DNA of 64,000 nucleotides from an uncultured Gemmatimonadales bacterium (GCA_963793305.1 CAWBZV010000005.1:896001-960000); one strand, 5' to 3'. Numbered from the stretch's first letter, positions 10,236 through 19,876 are shown. A program made the numbers and translations. The notes: generated from the letters alone by a model not told the origin.

Positions 10236-11135
10236 TCAGGCCAGCCCCTCGACGATGCGGCGGAAGATGCGCGTCCGCGCCGATCGGTCATCCGTGCGCG
10301 ACACGAGCTGCGTCTCCAACGGGATCGCAACATCGGTGAGCGGCACATAGCGAACCGTCGGCGGTATCGCCGGCCGCGCCGTGGTGGGCAGCAACGCCCA
10401 TCCATAGCCGCTCCCCACGAGCGCGAACGCGGTCGCGGAGCTGATATCCACCTGACCAATGGCGGGAATCAACCGCGGCGTAAAGCCGACTTGATGAAAC
10501 GCGCCGAGAATACGATCGAACATCGTCGGGTGCACGGCCCGGTCGTACCACATGAAATCATACGGTTCGAGGTCCACCGCCGAGATCTTGGCGCGCCGTG
10601 ACAGCGGATGGCCACGAGCGACGATCACGCCCGACATGTGGTCCTCCGTCACGGTCTCCATATTCACGTCTGACCGCGCCGGCTGCATCGCATAGCCGAT
10701 CCCGGCGTCGATGGCCCGAACCAACGTCGCCTCGACCATCGCGATCGACGCCATCGACTCCAGGTGGACCGCCACCTTCGGTGCCGCCTTCCGGTACCGC
10801 GCGAGCACGGTCCGAATCCACGCCGGGCGCAGCTCGGGGTTGACGACGCCCACGACCAATGGCCCGTCCTCGCTCTCTCTCGCATCACGCGCTCTCGCGA
10901 TCGCCGCCGTCGCCTCGGCCAGCGTCCGGCGCGCCCCTTCCATGAATCGCTCGCCGGCCTGCGTCAGGTGCACGCCGTGCGCGCTTCGCGCGAACAGGGT
11001 CACACCCAGCTCGCGCTCCAGATCCTGGATCGTGCGGCTGAGCGCCGACTGGGCCACGCGCAAGTGCTGCGCGGCGCGACGGACGCTACGTGCATCGGCA
11101 ACCGCGATGAACGCCCGCAGGTGGCGAATCTCCAT
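10236..11135 (-). CDS. LysR-family transcriptional regulator
   Basis: MEIRHLRAFIAVA...AAQHLRVAQSALSRTIQDLERELGVTLFAR HTH; 299 aa. Confidence 0.95.
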   Translation of the reverse strand: MEIRHLRAFIAVADARSVRRAAQHLRVAQSALSRTIQDLERELGVTLFARSAHGVHLTQAGERFMEGARRTLAEATAAIARARDARESEDGPLVVGVVNPELRPAWIRTVLARYRKAAPKVAVHLESMASIAMVEATLVRAIDAGIGYAMQPARSDVNMETVTEDHMSGVIVARGHPLSRRAKISAVDLEPYDFMWYDRAVHPTMFDRILGAFHQVGFTPRLIPAIGQVDISSATAFALVGSGYGWALLPTTARPAIPPTVRYVPLTDVAIPLETQLVSRTDDRSARTRIFRRIVEGLA

Positions 11136-11156
11136 AGCGCGATAATATGTTGCATT

Positions 11157-11402
11157 ATGGCAGATGAGGATATGCGGGCGGAGCTGGAGCGGCTGCGCAA
11201 GGAAAACGAGTCCCTCAAGAAGGGCGCGGCCAAAGGGGTCTCACTCAAGGTCAGTGAGAAGGGCGGGGTCTCGGTCTACGGGCTGGGGCGCTTTCCCATT
11301 ACCCTGTACAAGGAACAGTGGGCCAAGCTCCTCGACATGGCCGAGGACATCCGGGCGTTCATCGCGACGCACGACAAGGAGCTGAAAACGAAGGGGCAGT
11401 GA
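11157..11402 (+). CDS. Small conserved hypothetical protein
   Basis: MADEDMRAELERLRKENESLK...LKVSEKGGVSVYGLGRFPITLYKEQW. Confidence 0.85.
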   Translation: MADEDMRAELERLRKENESLKKGAAKGVSLKVSEKGGVSVYGLGRFPITLYKEQWAKLLDMAEDIRAFIATHDKELKTKGQ

Positions 11403-11406
11403 CGCC

Positions 11407-13542
11407 TCACGGGGCGATCCGGTGAACGCACTTGATAGTCAATGTCGCTGTCAGCGGCCGATCGATCGCCCGCCCATCCGGGAACCGAAACCGGGATAAT
11501 GGGTCCGTCGTGTAACCGGAGTTCCAGACGACGTAGATGTCGTCCCCGATGATCGGCGTCCAATGAAACCGAAGGTCGAAATCGGTGCGATTGAGCGCGT
11601 TGTCGTACTGGGCGAAGCCGAGGAAGTCCGCGACCGTCGTGAACGCGTACTCCAATCGCGCCGTCGACTGGATAGCCGCGAAGTGACCGACCGGGAGTGA
11701 GACCTCCGTCCGTGTGACCCCTCCGCCCAGGATGAGATGACCGCCCGAGCGCCAGGTCACGCCACCGTCGGTCTCGGTACTGTGCCCGTTGTAGAACGTT
11801 CCCGTTGACACGAACGCGAATCCGCTGATCGGCCGGCCGAGGGATGTCTGGTACTGCGCCCCAACTTGGGTCCACCAGTAGTCGCCGGCCCGAATCGTGA
11901 CGCCGCGAAACACGGTGAACGTGTCCGGTGGCGCGTCCATAAACCGCTGCACGGTCCAATAGAACTGGTCGCCGTTGTCGAGGGTCCCGCCCACCGGATG
12001 CCACTCGATGAGGGCGTTCTGCCAGCCCTTGCCATCGTGGTTCAAATAGATATCCCATGACGGGATCTGGAAATCGAATTGCCTGATGCCGAGCACGTGG
12101 GGTCGCGGCATGAAATCGATGTGCCCGTCGAGCTCCAAGGCGTCCGTGCGGCGAACAAAGCCGAGCGTCGGCGCGAACCCGGAATCGTACTGGGCGACCG
12201 AGATGTTGTTGTCGAAGAGATCGTTCGGAAAGTCGGTTCCGATTCTCCAGGCGGCTCTCGTCCCCGCCGTGTCGGGTGTCTGCGTTCCCGCGACCCAAAA
12301 CTGCGGCTCGATATTCTGATTGCCGATTTTGAGAGGAAAATCTCCATCGATGCCCGCCGCCACATCGCTGCCGTGCACGCTCGAACCGGTGCGAGCCGTG
12401 ACGATCGCCCCAATGTACGAGCGATCGAACACGTCGCGCTTGATGCGCACGACGGCATCGTTCGCGTCATCGATCCCGCCGGTCCGCGTGTCGAGTACGC
12501 CCAGGGTCCACGATCCCGCTTTGCCCGTGAGGCGCGCCCCGGCCAGGATGGGTACGACGGCGCCGGAATCCGTGAGGCCGATGCGCCGCGAGTAGAAGAG
12601 CAGGGCGTGATCGTTGCCGAAGTCGAAGATGCCGCTCGATTCGAGGAAGAACGTGCGCTTCTCGGGGAAGAACGTCGGAAAGCGCGTGAGATTGATCACC
12701 TGGCTGTCGACTTCGACCTGCGCGAAGTCGGTATTGACGGTGAGGTCCGCCGTCATCGTTCCTGACACCGCGAGCTTGGCGTCGACCCCCACTTTCCCGG
12801 CGCCGCCCGCGCCGCCGATACGGTCGCCGACCGAATCGTGCGGCGCCTGAAATGCGTCCGCCAGCACGTAGGGCAGGATCTCGATGTCGCGCGTGCGACT
12901 CACGCCATCGAGTCCCGTGAGCTCGCCCTCGCCGTCGAGTTGATACAGGCCTTGGGTTCGTCTCCACCCGGACCACAGATCTTCTTCGTTTCGCCGACGG
13001 ATGAACCGCCGCACGTTGAACCCGAACGCCGCGGTCGCGCCCGCCGTGAAGCGCAAGGTCCGGAATGGAATGCGAAAGATGGCCGTCCACCCGGTCGAGT
13101 CTTTGCTGGTCGTCACGGTCCAGATCCCGTTCCAATCCTGGTTGACGTTGTCGCCTTCGGTGATCTGCGCATCCCAGCGCGCGCCGTTGGGGTTGGTCTG
13201 GAAAAGCCAGCCGCCACGCCGGTCGTGGAAACTGTCGATCAGGATCGTCAGGTTGTCGTCGGCCGAGAGATCGGCATCGCGTCGAAGCTGGGTGGCCCTG
13301 ATGGCGCTCGCGTGCTGATCCCAGGCCCGAACGGCGACGTACAGCGCGTCATGATCCCGCAGGATTCTGACGACTGTGCGCTCGCTCGCGGGCGCCCCTT
13401 CCACCGGGTCGCGCTGCCGAAAATCGATTATCGAGTCGGCCGTGGCCCAGGCCGCGGAGTCGACCGTCGCCACGGCGCGCACGCCGATGGTGGCCGAGTC
13501 GCCAGCGCTCACGAAGAGCGCAACACTGAGTAGACATATCAT
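11407..13542 (-). CDS. DUF5916 / CBM9-like outer-membrane or exported protein
   Basis: Signal peptide, DSFHDRRGG...TNPNGA, TVNTDFAQVEVD...NLTRFPTFFPEKRTFFLE, LFYSRRIGL. Confidence 0.88.
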   Translation of the reverse strand: MICLLSVALFVSAGDSATIGVRAVATVDSAAWATADSIIDFRQRDPVEGAPASERTVVRILRDHDALYVAVRAWDQHASAIRATQLRRDADLSADDNLTILIDSFHDRRGGWLFQTNPNGARWDAQITEGDNVNQDWNGIWTVTTSKDSTGWTAIFRIPFRTLRFTAGATAAFGFNVRRFIRRRNEEDLWSGWRRTQGLYQLDGEGELTGLDGVSRTRDIEILPYVLADAFQAPHDSVGDRIGGAGGAGKVGVDAKLAVSGTMTADLTVNTDFAQVEVDSQVINLTRFPTFFPEKRTFFLESSGIFDFGNDHALLFYSRRIGLTDSGAVVPILAGARLTGKAGSWTLGVLDTRTGGIDDANDAVVRIKRDVFDRSYIGAIVTARTGSSVHGSDVAAGIDGDFPLKIGNQNIEPQFWVAGTQTPDTAGTRAAWRIGTDFPNDLFDNNISVAQYDSGFAPTLGFVRRTDALELDGHIDFMPRPHVLGIRQFDFQIPSWDIYLNHDGKGWQNALIEWHPVGGTLDNGDQFYWTVQRFMDAPPDTFTVFRGVTIRAGDYWWTQVGAQYQTSLGRPISGFAFVSTGTFYNGHSTETDGGVTWRSGGHLILGGGVTRTEVSLPVGHFAAIQSTARLEYAFTTVADFLGFAQYDNALNRTDFDLRFHWTPIIGDDIYVVWNSGYTTDPLSRFRFPDGRAIDRPLTATLTIKCVHRIAP

Positions 13543-13577
13543 GCTAGTTATCTAGCATACAGCTAGAAAACTAGCAT
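13541..13577. promoter_or_regulatory. Tandem palindromic operator candidates ATGCTAG-N4-CTAGCAT
   Basis: Perfect 7-bp arms at 13541-13558 and near-perfect CAGCTAG-AAAA-CTAGCAT at 13560-13577, abutting the DUF5916 start codon. Confidence 0.6.
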
Positions 13578-13584
13578 CGTTGGC

Positions 13585-14292
13585 TTACGGCACGGTTACA
13601 GCGATGATCCCCGCAAATTGACCATCCGTACCTGGCCGATCCGGCGCCACGTAGAACTGCGAGATGGCGCCATCGAGATAGAGGGCATCCGGGCAGTGGA
13701 GCGCATCGCGAAAAATCGCCGCGAACGTGTAGAGATTGACAGGGTCACGCGCCATGGCAAACACAATAGTCCCATCGCTGCGTACCCCGACGCCGTTCCG
13801 CACGTACTTGGACAGGCCCGCGGGGTTGAACGCCGGATGGATGCGACCGCCAGACACAAGCAGCGGCCCGGATTGCACGGCGAGATCCGGTGTCACTGCG
13901 AGAGCAGGGTAGGCGTCCGACTCTACGATTGCCGCCCGGCCCTTCGTCACGTAGAACACACCGTTCGGTTTCAGATAGAAATTGGGCGGCGGATCGGCGG
14001 TCGAGTCCCGGGTATTGAGTGGGACCAGCATGTGGCGTTTCTGGACGAAGAGGCCGAGCGGGACCTGCCCGACCGCGAAGATCCCGCCATTCGTCGCGAA
14101 CGCCAGGTGCCGCCCGTGCGAGCGCACGATCGAGTCGAGTCGAGCGAATGAACCTATTGGCCGCCCACTGGCATCGCGCCAGTAGAGTTCGACGTCGTCG
14201 CGTCCTATACTGAACTCGCAGACCGATACCTGCACACCGCCGACGTCCCGCGTAGTGCACAACCCAACCAGTGCCGCGATCGCCAAAATCAT
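13585..14292 (-). CDS. Phosphodiester glycosidase family (YigE/NAGPA-like) exported protein
   Basis: FATNGGIF, NFYLKPNGVF, QSGPLLV, VRNGVGV, ALYLDGAIS. Confidence 0.88.
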   Translation of the reverse strand: MILAIAALVGLCTTRDVGGVQVSVCEFSIGRDDVELYWRDASGRPIGSFARLDSIVRSHGRHLAFATNGGIFAVGQVPLGLFVQKRHMLVPLNTRDSTADPPPNFYLKPNGVFYVTKGRAAIVESDAYPALAVTPDLAVQSGPLLVSGGRIHPAFNPAGLSKYVRNGVGVRSDGTIVFAMARDPVNLYTFAAIFRDALHCPDALYLDGAISQFYVAPDRPGTDGQFAGIIAVTVP

Positions 14293-14655
14293 ATGAGAGC
14301 CTTTCTGATCCCAGCTGCGCTATTGGTCATATCCAACACGTTCATGACGTTCGCCTGGTACGGCCACCTGAAATACGAGAAGACGGCCTTGTGGATCGTG
14401 ATCCTCGTGAGCTGGGGCATCGCGTTCTTCGAGTACTGCTTTCAGGTACCCGCCAATCGCATCGGCAACATCGCGGGTACCTCGGCCGGCCAGCTCAAAA
14501 TCATGCAAGAGGCGATCACCTTGGTCGTGTTCGCCGTCTTCGCCCGCCTCTACCTGGGCGAGCGACTCACCTGGAACTACTACGCCGCCTTTGTGCTGAT
14601 CTTCGGCGCAGTATGCCTCGTCTTTATTCCGGCGTCCAGTGTGGGTGGCTCGTGA
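14293..14655 (+). CDS. DMT-family small membrane protein (DUF486)
   Basis: SNTFMTFAWYGHLK, SWGIAFFEYCFQVPANRIG, QLKIMQEAITL. Confidence 0.92.
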   Translation: MRAFLIPAALLVISNTFMTFAWYGHLKYEKTALWIVILVSWGIAFFEYCFQVPANRIGNIAGTSAGQLKIMQEAITLVVFAVFARLYLGERLTWNYYAAFVLIFGAVCLVFIPASSVGGS

Positions 14656-15382
14656 ACAGACCGTCGACGATGCCGATCCGGTAGGCGATAAAAAGGCCGA
14701 AAGCGAGGCTGATCGCGCCGGACGCGACTCGGAGCCCACGGGGGCTGATCCACCCGAACGGCAAGCTGATGACCATCGTCATGAGCATCATCCCAACGAT
14801 GGTGCCGAGCCCGAAAATCAGCAGATAGAATACCGCCAGACCGGGATCGTGAATCGTCGTCAGCACGAGCAACGCGACGGCGGCCGATCCGGCAAGACCG
14901 TGCACGATCCCGACCATCAGGGGTCGGACGTACCGATAGGCGCCCAGCGCGCCGAAGTGCCGGTCGAGCCAGCCGAGTGGCGTTGCTTCAGCCGCGTGCG
15001 AATGCGCTTCGGGCTCATGTCCGTGCACGTGCGTGTGCACATAGTCGCCATGCTCATGCGCATGTGCATGCACGTGTTTCGAGCGTGGAATGATGCCTCG
15101 AAGGTTCATGAACCCGAGTAGCACCAGCATCACACCGACGGTCCATTCCATGGAGAGCCCGAGGCGCGGTGGGATCACCCAGCCGAACACGATGATCCCG
15201 CTTCCGACCGCCAGTATCGTCAAGGTGTGCCCGACGCCCCATACCGCGCCGATGGCCGCGGCGCCGCCGACGGATCGTTGCCGCGTGATGATCGTCGTCA
15301 CCGCGATGACGTGGTCGGGGTCAGTGGCGTGGCGCATCCCCAAGAAGAATCCCAAGGACAGAACCGCCAGGAGCCCGGTCAC
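14624..15382 (-). CDS. High-affinity nickel transporter (HoxN/NicO-like)
   Basis: GMRHATDPDH motif, His-rich loop, GIVHGLAGSAA; last gene of the hydrogenase operon. Confidence 0.9.
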   Translation of the reverse strand: MTGLLAVLSLGFFLGMRHATDPDHVIAVTTIITRQRSVGGAAAIGAVWGVGHTLTILAVGSGIIVFGWVIPPRLGLSMEWTVGVMLVLLGFMNLRGIIPRSKHVHAHAHEHGDYVHTHVHGHEPEAHSHAAEATPLGWLDRHFGALGAYRYVRPLMVGIVHGLAGSAAVALLVLTTIHDPGLAVFYLLIFGLGTIVGMMLMTMVISLPFGWISPRGLRVASGAISLAFGLFIAYRIGIVDGLFTSHPHWTPE

Positions 15383-16038
15383 GGAATCGCCGCCTCCAGC
15401 AAGGCGACGAGCTCCCCCATGCCTTCGCCGGTCTTGGCCGAGACGGCCAATGTCCGCATGCCGGGCCGTACAGCCTGCACGTTGCGTTCGATGGCGTCCC
15501 GGTCGAACTCCACGGCAAGGGCGAGGTCCATCTTCGTGATCACCGCGACGTCGGCGGTATTGAAGATCGTCGGATACTTGAGCGGCTTGTCTTCACCTTC
15601 GGTGACCGACAGGATCACGCAGCGCAGGTGCTCTCCCAGGTCATACGATGCGGGGCACACCAGGTTGCCCACGTTCTCGAGGAACAAGAAGTCGAGCTGG
15701 TCCAACGCCCATCCGTCAAGGGCTTGCTCGACCATCGCCGCATCGAGGTGGCAAATGGTACCCGTGGTGATCTGCCGGACTTGGGCGCCGCTCCGCGCCA
15801 GGCGTGCGGCGTCATTCTCGGTCGCCAGGTCGCCAACGAGCGCTGCCACCCGATATCGCCTGTGCAAGGTCGTCAGGATTCTCTCGAGCAACATCGTCTT
15901 TCCCGAGCCCGGGCTCGATACCAGACTGACGACAAAGACCCCGTTCTCCTGAAAGCGATCTCGCAATGCCCGCGCGAGGATATCGTTGTGCTTGAGGATA
16001 TTCTGCCGCACCTCGACCAGTCGCGGAGCCATGGTCAT
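15379..16038 (-). CDS. hypB: Hydrogenase nickel incorporation GTPase HypB
   Basis: SSPGSGKT, TGTICHLDA, ENVGNLVCPA, SVTEGEDKPLKYP. Confidence 0.97.
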   Translation of the reverse strand: MTMAPRLVEVRQNILKHNDILARALRDRFQENGVFVVSLVSSPGSGKTMLLERILTTLHRRYRVAALVGDLATENDAARLARSGAQVRQITTGTICHLDAAMVEQALDGWALDQLDFLFLENVGNLVCPASYDLGEHLRCVILSVTEGEDKPLKYPTIFNTADVAVITKMDLALAVEFDRDAIERNVQAVRPGMRTLAVSAKTGEGMGELVALLEAAIP

Positions 16039-16277
16039 GACTCGATCTCCAACGCCACGAGCTCCAGCTCCCGGCCGTCGGTATCCTCAATCACGAGACG
16101 TGAACCGGCAATCGGCGTGTCCTGGCATGCGATGTCGAACGAAAACGCCAACGCCTCCTTGGCGACACCAGCCAACTGGCCGATCTTCACATGCACGGCA
16201 CATACGCGCCCGCCCAGGCGCCCGCCTTCCTCCGTGGCGATTTCCACGAGGCTCACGGCTACGGACAATTCGTGCAT
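16035..16277 (-). CDS. hypA: HypA nickel metallochaperone, short form lacking the Zn finger
   Basis: MHELSVA N-terminus and GRELELVALEI C-terminus; 80 aa, no CxxC. Confidence 0.9.
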   Translation of the reverse strand: MHELSVAVSLVEIATEEGGRLGGRVCAVHVKIGQLAGVAKEALAFSFDIACQDTPIAGSRLVIEDTDGRELELVALEIES

Positions 16278-18412
16278 TGCCCAAAGGCCGCGAGCGCGGC
16301 TTGGCCGAGGCTGATCCCGCCATCGTTCGGCGGAACGAGGTGGTTGGTCCACGCGCCCAACTCACCCTGCACAATCATATTTTGTAGGACACCACCCGAC
16401 GCCACCACGGTATCGACGTCGTGTGTGTCACACAGAGTCGCAATCGCGCCGCGCAGCCCACGAACGAACCCGGCGTGGAACGCCCGCGCAATCGCATTGA
16501 CATCGCGCCCACGTCCGCGATCCCTGACAACGCCGGCGAGCAGCGGCCGAAAATCCAGCTCGGCGCCGTCGAACGGAAAATCATACGGCGCGGTGTGACC
16601 TGATCTTCGCGCGCACTGCTCCAGCCAGATCGCCGCTTGCCCTTCGAACGAGATCGGCCGCATCCAGCCGAGGACCGCGGCGACTGTGTCGAATAGCCTT
16701 CCGGTGGAGGTGGTGGTGAACGTTCGTGTTCCGCTCCCGAGCACGGCGAGCGCGTCACGATATCGGTCGGAGTCGAGCTCGACATCGATCTGATGCAAGA
16801 ACCCGGCGGCCGCCTGCACGGGATGCCGCGCCGCCGCATCGCCGCCGACGAGCGCGGCTGGCCTGAGATGCGCGACGCGCTCGAACCCGCGCGCCACACT
16901 GCCGACGAAGATCTCGCCACCCCAGATAGTGCCGTCGTCGCCATACCCCGTGCCGTCGAGCGCCACACCGAGCACACGCCGTTCCCACTCGCCGCGCTCG
17001 GCGAGCACTGAGGCCACGTGTGCGCGATGATGCTGCACTCTCAGTGACACACCGCTCGCGGAGCGGTACTCCGGATGCGCGTCGCCGACGACGAGGGCCT
17101 CGGCGCGGTCCACACGGTACATCCGGAGGAGGTCATCGATCGTCTCGCGAAACGCGCGAAAGGATTGGTAGTCGTCGAGATCCCCAATGTGCTGACTCAC
17201 GAACGCTTGGCCATCGACCACCAGCGTGATCGTATTCTTGAGATCGGCGCCGAGCGCGAGAATCGGCCGGTCGGTCGGAATGGTCGCCACCGCCCCGGGC
17301 GCATACCCGCGACTCCGCCGCAGAATTATCGGCCCGGGACGCACCACGGAATCCTCGATCCGCCGCGCAATCGGCCGCTCGCCGACCAGAAACCCGTCCG
17401 CTATGCCGCTGAGCCGTTCGCGCGCCTCGCGGTCCTGATACGCAATCGGCTCGCTCGACCGATTGCCGCTCGTCATCACGAGCGCCGTCGGCGCGCCTGC
17501 CGCGAACAGCAGGTGATGCACCGGAGAGTACGGCAGCATGATCCCGAGCTCGTCGTTGTCGGGCGCGACACCCGGTAGCTTCACGGTGCCGGGCACGAGC
17601 ACGATGGGTCTGGCGCGACTGGTGAGCAACGCCACGGCCTCGTCGGATAACTCGGCCAGTCCTCTCGCCGCGTCCACGTCCCGCACCATGACCGCGAACG
17701 GCTTCTCCTTTCGGTATTTTCGCTCCCGCAACGCGACGACCGCGGCCGCGTTTCGTGCATCACATGTCAGGTGATACCCGCCAATCCCTTTGACCGCCAG
17801 AATCCATCCTTCCCGCAGCCGTTCGGCGGCGCCTGCAAGGTCATATTGCGGTCCGCACGCGGGGCAGCAAACGGGTTGCGCATGGAATCGCCGATTCGCA
17901 GGGTCATGGTATTCGTTTGCGCACAATGCATCCATCCGCCACATCGCCATCGTCGTGGCCGGGCGATCATACGGCAGCTCGCGCACAATCGAATACCGCG
18001 GTCCACAGTTCGTGCAATTAATGTACGGGTACAAAAACCGCGGATCGCCCGCATCGAACAACTCGCCAAGGCACGCGTCACACGTCGCCAAATCGGGGGA
18101 GATGGGAACGACCGGCGGATCGGGTCGCCGACTCTCCCGAATCTCGAAGTCGCCCAGTCCAGCAACATCGGCCGGTGCAACGTCGATGGCCGCAATCGCG
18201 GCCGCGGGCGGCGCATGCGCGCGCAGCGCGCCGAGAAACGTGTCGAGGTCATCGTGCGACCCTTCGAGGTGAATCTCCACGCCGTCCCCGGCGTTCAGCA
18301 CCCACCCGGCCAACGTGTGCTCATGCGCCAGTCGATAGACATACGGCCGAAAGCCGACCCCCTGCACGATGCCGCGCACGCGCACCGAGCACGCGCTCGT
18401 CACTCCGGTCAT
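16259..18412 (-). CDS. hypF: Carbamoyltransferase HypF
   Basis: VRGIVQGVGFRP, CTNCGPRYS, RFHAQPVCCPACGP, VQHHRAH, DGTGYG, PPNDGGISLGQ. Confidence 0.97.
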   Translation of the reverse strand: MTGVTSACSVRVRGIVQGVGFRPYVYRLAHEHTLAGWVLNAGDGVEIHLEGSHDDLDTFLGALRAHAPPAAAIAAIDVAPADVAGLGDFEIRESRRPDPPVVPISPDLATCDACLGELFDAGDPRFLYPYINCTNCGPRYSIVRELPYDRPATTMAMWRMDALCANEYHDPANRRFHAQPVCCPACGPQYDLAGAAERLREGWILAVKGIGGYHLTCDARNAAAVVALRERKYRKEKPFAVMVRDVDAARGLAELSDEAVALLTSRARPIVLVPGTVKLPGVAPDNDELGIMLPYSPVHHLLFAAGAPTALVMTSGNRSSEPIAYQDREARERLSGIADGFLVGERPIARRIEDSVVRPGPIILRRSRGYAPGAVATIPTDRPILALGADLKNTITLVVDGQAFVSQHIGDLDDYQSFRAFRETIDDLLRMYRVDRAEALVVGDAHPEYRSASGVSLRVQHHRAHVASVLAERGEWERRVLGVALDGTGYGDDGTIWGGEIFVGSVARGFERVAHLRPAALVGGDAAARHPVQAAAGFLHQIDVELDSDRYRDALAVLGSGTRTFTTTSTGRLFDTVAAVLGWMRPISFEGQAAIWLEQCARRSGHTAPYDFPFDGAELDFRPLLAGVVRDRGRGRDVNAIARAFHAGFVRGLRGAIATLCDTHDVDTVVASGGVLQNMIVQGELGAWTNHLVPPNDGGISLGQAALAAFGQCTNCP

Positions 18413-18738
18413 TCGCCGACCACACACCCACGGCCTTGCCAGCCGACTTGCACCACCGTGCCATCCTGCACGAGCACAGGCACAGTCCGCTCGGGGCCGG
18501 CGTACGAGCGCATGCGGTCCCGCGCTTGCGTGTCCGTCTCGACGTCGTACTCGGTAAACGCGACGCGCCGCATCTCCAGCCACTCCCGCATATCGCGCGT
18601 GTAGGGACACGTCGTCGTCCCGAACAGCTCTAGCCGCGCTGCGCTGCGGCTAGAGCTTCGCTTCGAGGCGTCGCTCCGCTCCGCACGAAGCGGGTCGGTT
18701 GGACAGATCTCGGCTGCGCCTCGATCAGGCGTTGGCAC
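18409..18738 (-). CDS. Glutaredoxin-like protein with an in-frame palindromic insert near the N-terminus
   Basis: LELFGTTTCPYT...YDVETD...RTVPVLV...VGWQGRGC; nearest plausible start is GTG 18738 (uncertain). Confidence 0.8.
   Translation of the reverse strand: MPTPDRGAAEICPTDPLRAERSDASKRSSSRSAARLELFGTTTCPYTRDMREWLEMRRVAFTEYDVETDTQARDRMRSYAGPERTVPVLVQDGTVVQVGWQGRGCVVGE
18627..18715 (-). repeat. Hairpin-rich REP-like element, copy A
   Basis: Minus strand reads TCCAACCGACC...GCGGAGCG...GCGAAGC, then the hairpin AGCTCTAGCCGC/GCGGCTAGAGCT; shares TCCAACCGACC with the copy at 62831. Confidence 0.6.
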
Positions 18739-19876
18739 GGATGAGATGGTAGATGGAAGCCTGGACTTCTTGAATCCGCGGGATGTAATCCGACCGCACG
18801 ACGATGCAGTGATCCGCCAACCCACGCCGCCGAATCTCACCGCCGTCGTACCCGAGCAGCGCCACCGTCACGAGCTCACGCTTCCGCGCCTCTTCGAGCG
18901 CGGCGATCACATTGCGCGACCCACCGCTCGTCGAGATCGCAATGGCGATGTCGCCAGGCGCGGCGTGGGCGATGAGTTGTCTTAAGAAAATGACATCGAC
19001 GCCAACGTCATTCGCGATCGCCGTGATGTTCGCCGGCTCCATCGCCAGCGATATCGCGGGCATCGGCACATATCCCTCGGGCGGGGCAACGCAGTCCAAC
19101 GCCCAATCGTTGGCGTCGGTCGCCGAGCCGCCGTTGCCGAAGATGATGAGCTTCGAACCCTGTCTGACACTCTCCCGAATCGCCAGCGTCGCGTCACCGA
19201 TGGCGTCGGCCTCCTCGGCCGCGACCGTCGCGCGCAGCGCGCTGTCGTCAGAAACCTTCGCGATGATGGATCCGGCGACATCCGCCATCGGAACCGACTG
19301 CCCCCGCGCCAGAAACGGATACAGGAACTCGGCCTGCCCAACGTCGTGCCCGAGCTCGCGGTGCTCGAAGAACACGTGCACCGTCTCCCACAACGTGTGA
19401 TACAGGATCTCGATCATCTCCTGATGCATGAACGGATCGTGCGTCACCGCTCGAATCGCGTACGACCCGGCCGAGCCGGGAAGCGCGAACGTCATGGCCC
19501 CTCGCGATCGCGCCACCGCCAGCGCCGCCCACACCGCCGGATCACCCTCCGGCGGCCCGAAACCCATGACGATGTCCTCAGGCCGCAGGATGGCATCGAG
19601 CCACGCCGGAAACTCCGGCGAAATGTCGAGCGCGGGCAACGCTCGCTTGCCGACGATGACGGGATGCACGAACTCGACGGACACGTGCTGCGCGTCAGTC
19701 GCATACGACCCTCGTCCGAACGCGAGCAACCGCCCGCCGCGCAGAAAGCGCTGCGCCATCTCTTCGCACGCCTCCGCCAGCACCACCGCCTCGCGCGCGA
19801 AGAACGCCTCGAACAACTGGTTGCGTTCGAGCAACCCCTGTTCGATCTGCGCACCAAGTCCCAATCGCGTCAACAT
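18725..19876 (-). CDS. Tandem SIS-domain (GmhA-like) protein of the hydrogenase cluster
   Basis: Two SIS repeats: FGRGSYATDAQHVSVEF and FGNGGSATDAND...ISTSGGSRNV...IPRIQE. Confidence 0.9.
   Translation of the reverse strand: MLTRLGLGAQIEQGLLERNQLFEAFFAREAVVLAEACEEMAQRFLRGGRLLAFGRGSYATDAQHVSVEFVHPVIVGKRALPALDISPEFPAWLDAILRPEDIVMGFGPPEGDPAVWAALAVARSRGAMTFALPGSAGSYAIRAVTHDPFMHQEMIEILYHTLWETVHVFFEHRELGHDVGQAEFLYPFLARGQSVPMADVAGSIIAKVSDDSALRATVAAEEADAIGDATLAIRESVRQGSKLIIFGNGGSATDANDWALDCVAPPEGYVPMPAISLAMEPANITAIANDVGVDVIFLRQLIAHAAPGDIAIAISTSGGSRNVIAALEEARKRELVTVALLGYDGGEIRRRGLADHCIVVRSDYIPRIQEVQASIYHLIRANA

Noticed and set aside
18725..19876. LPS heptose biosynthesis locus (gmhA)
   Set aside because: No other heptose or LPS genes are nearby; the gene is embedded in the hyp operon.
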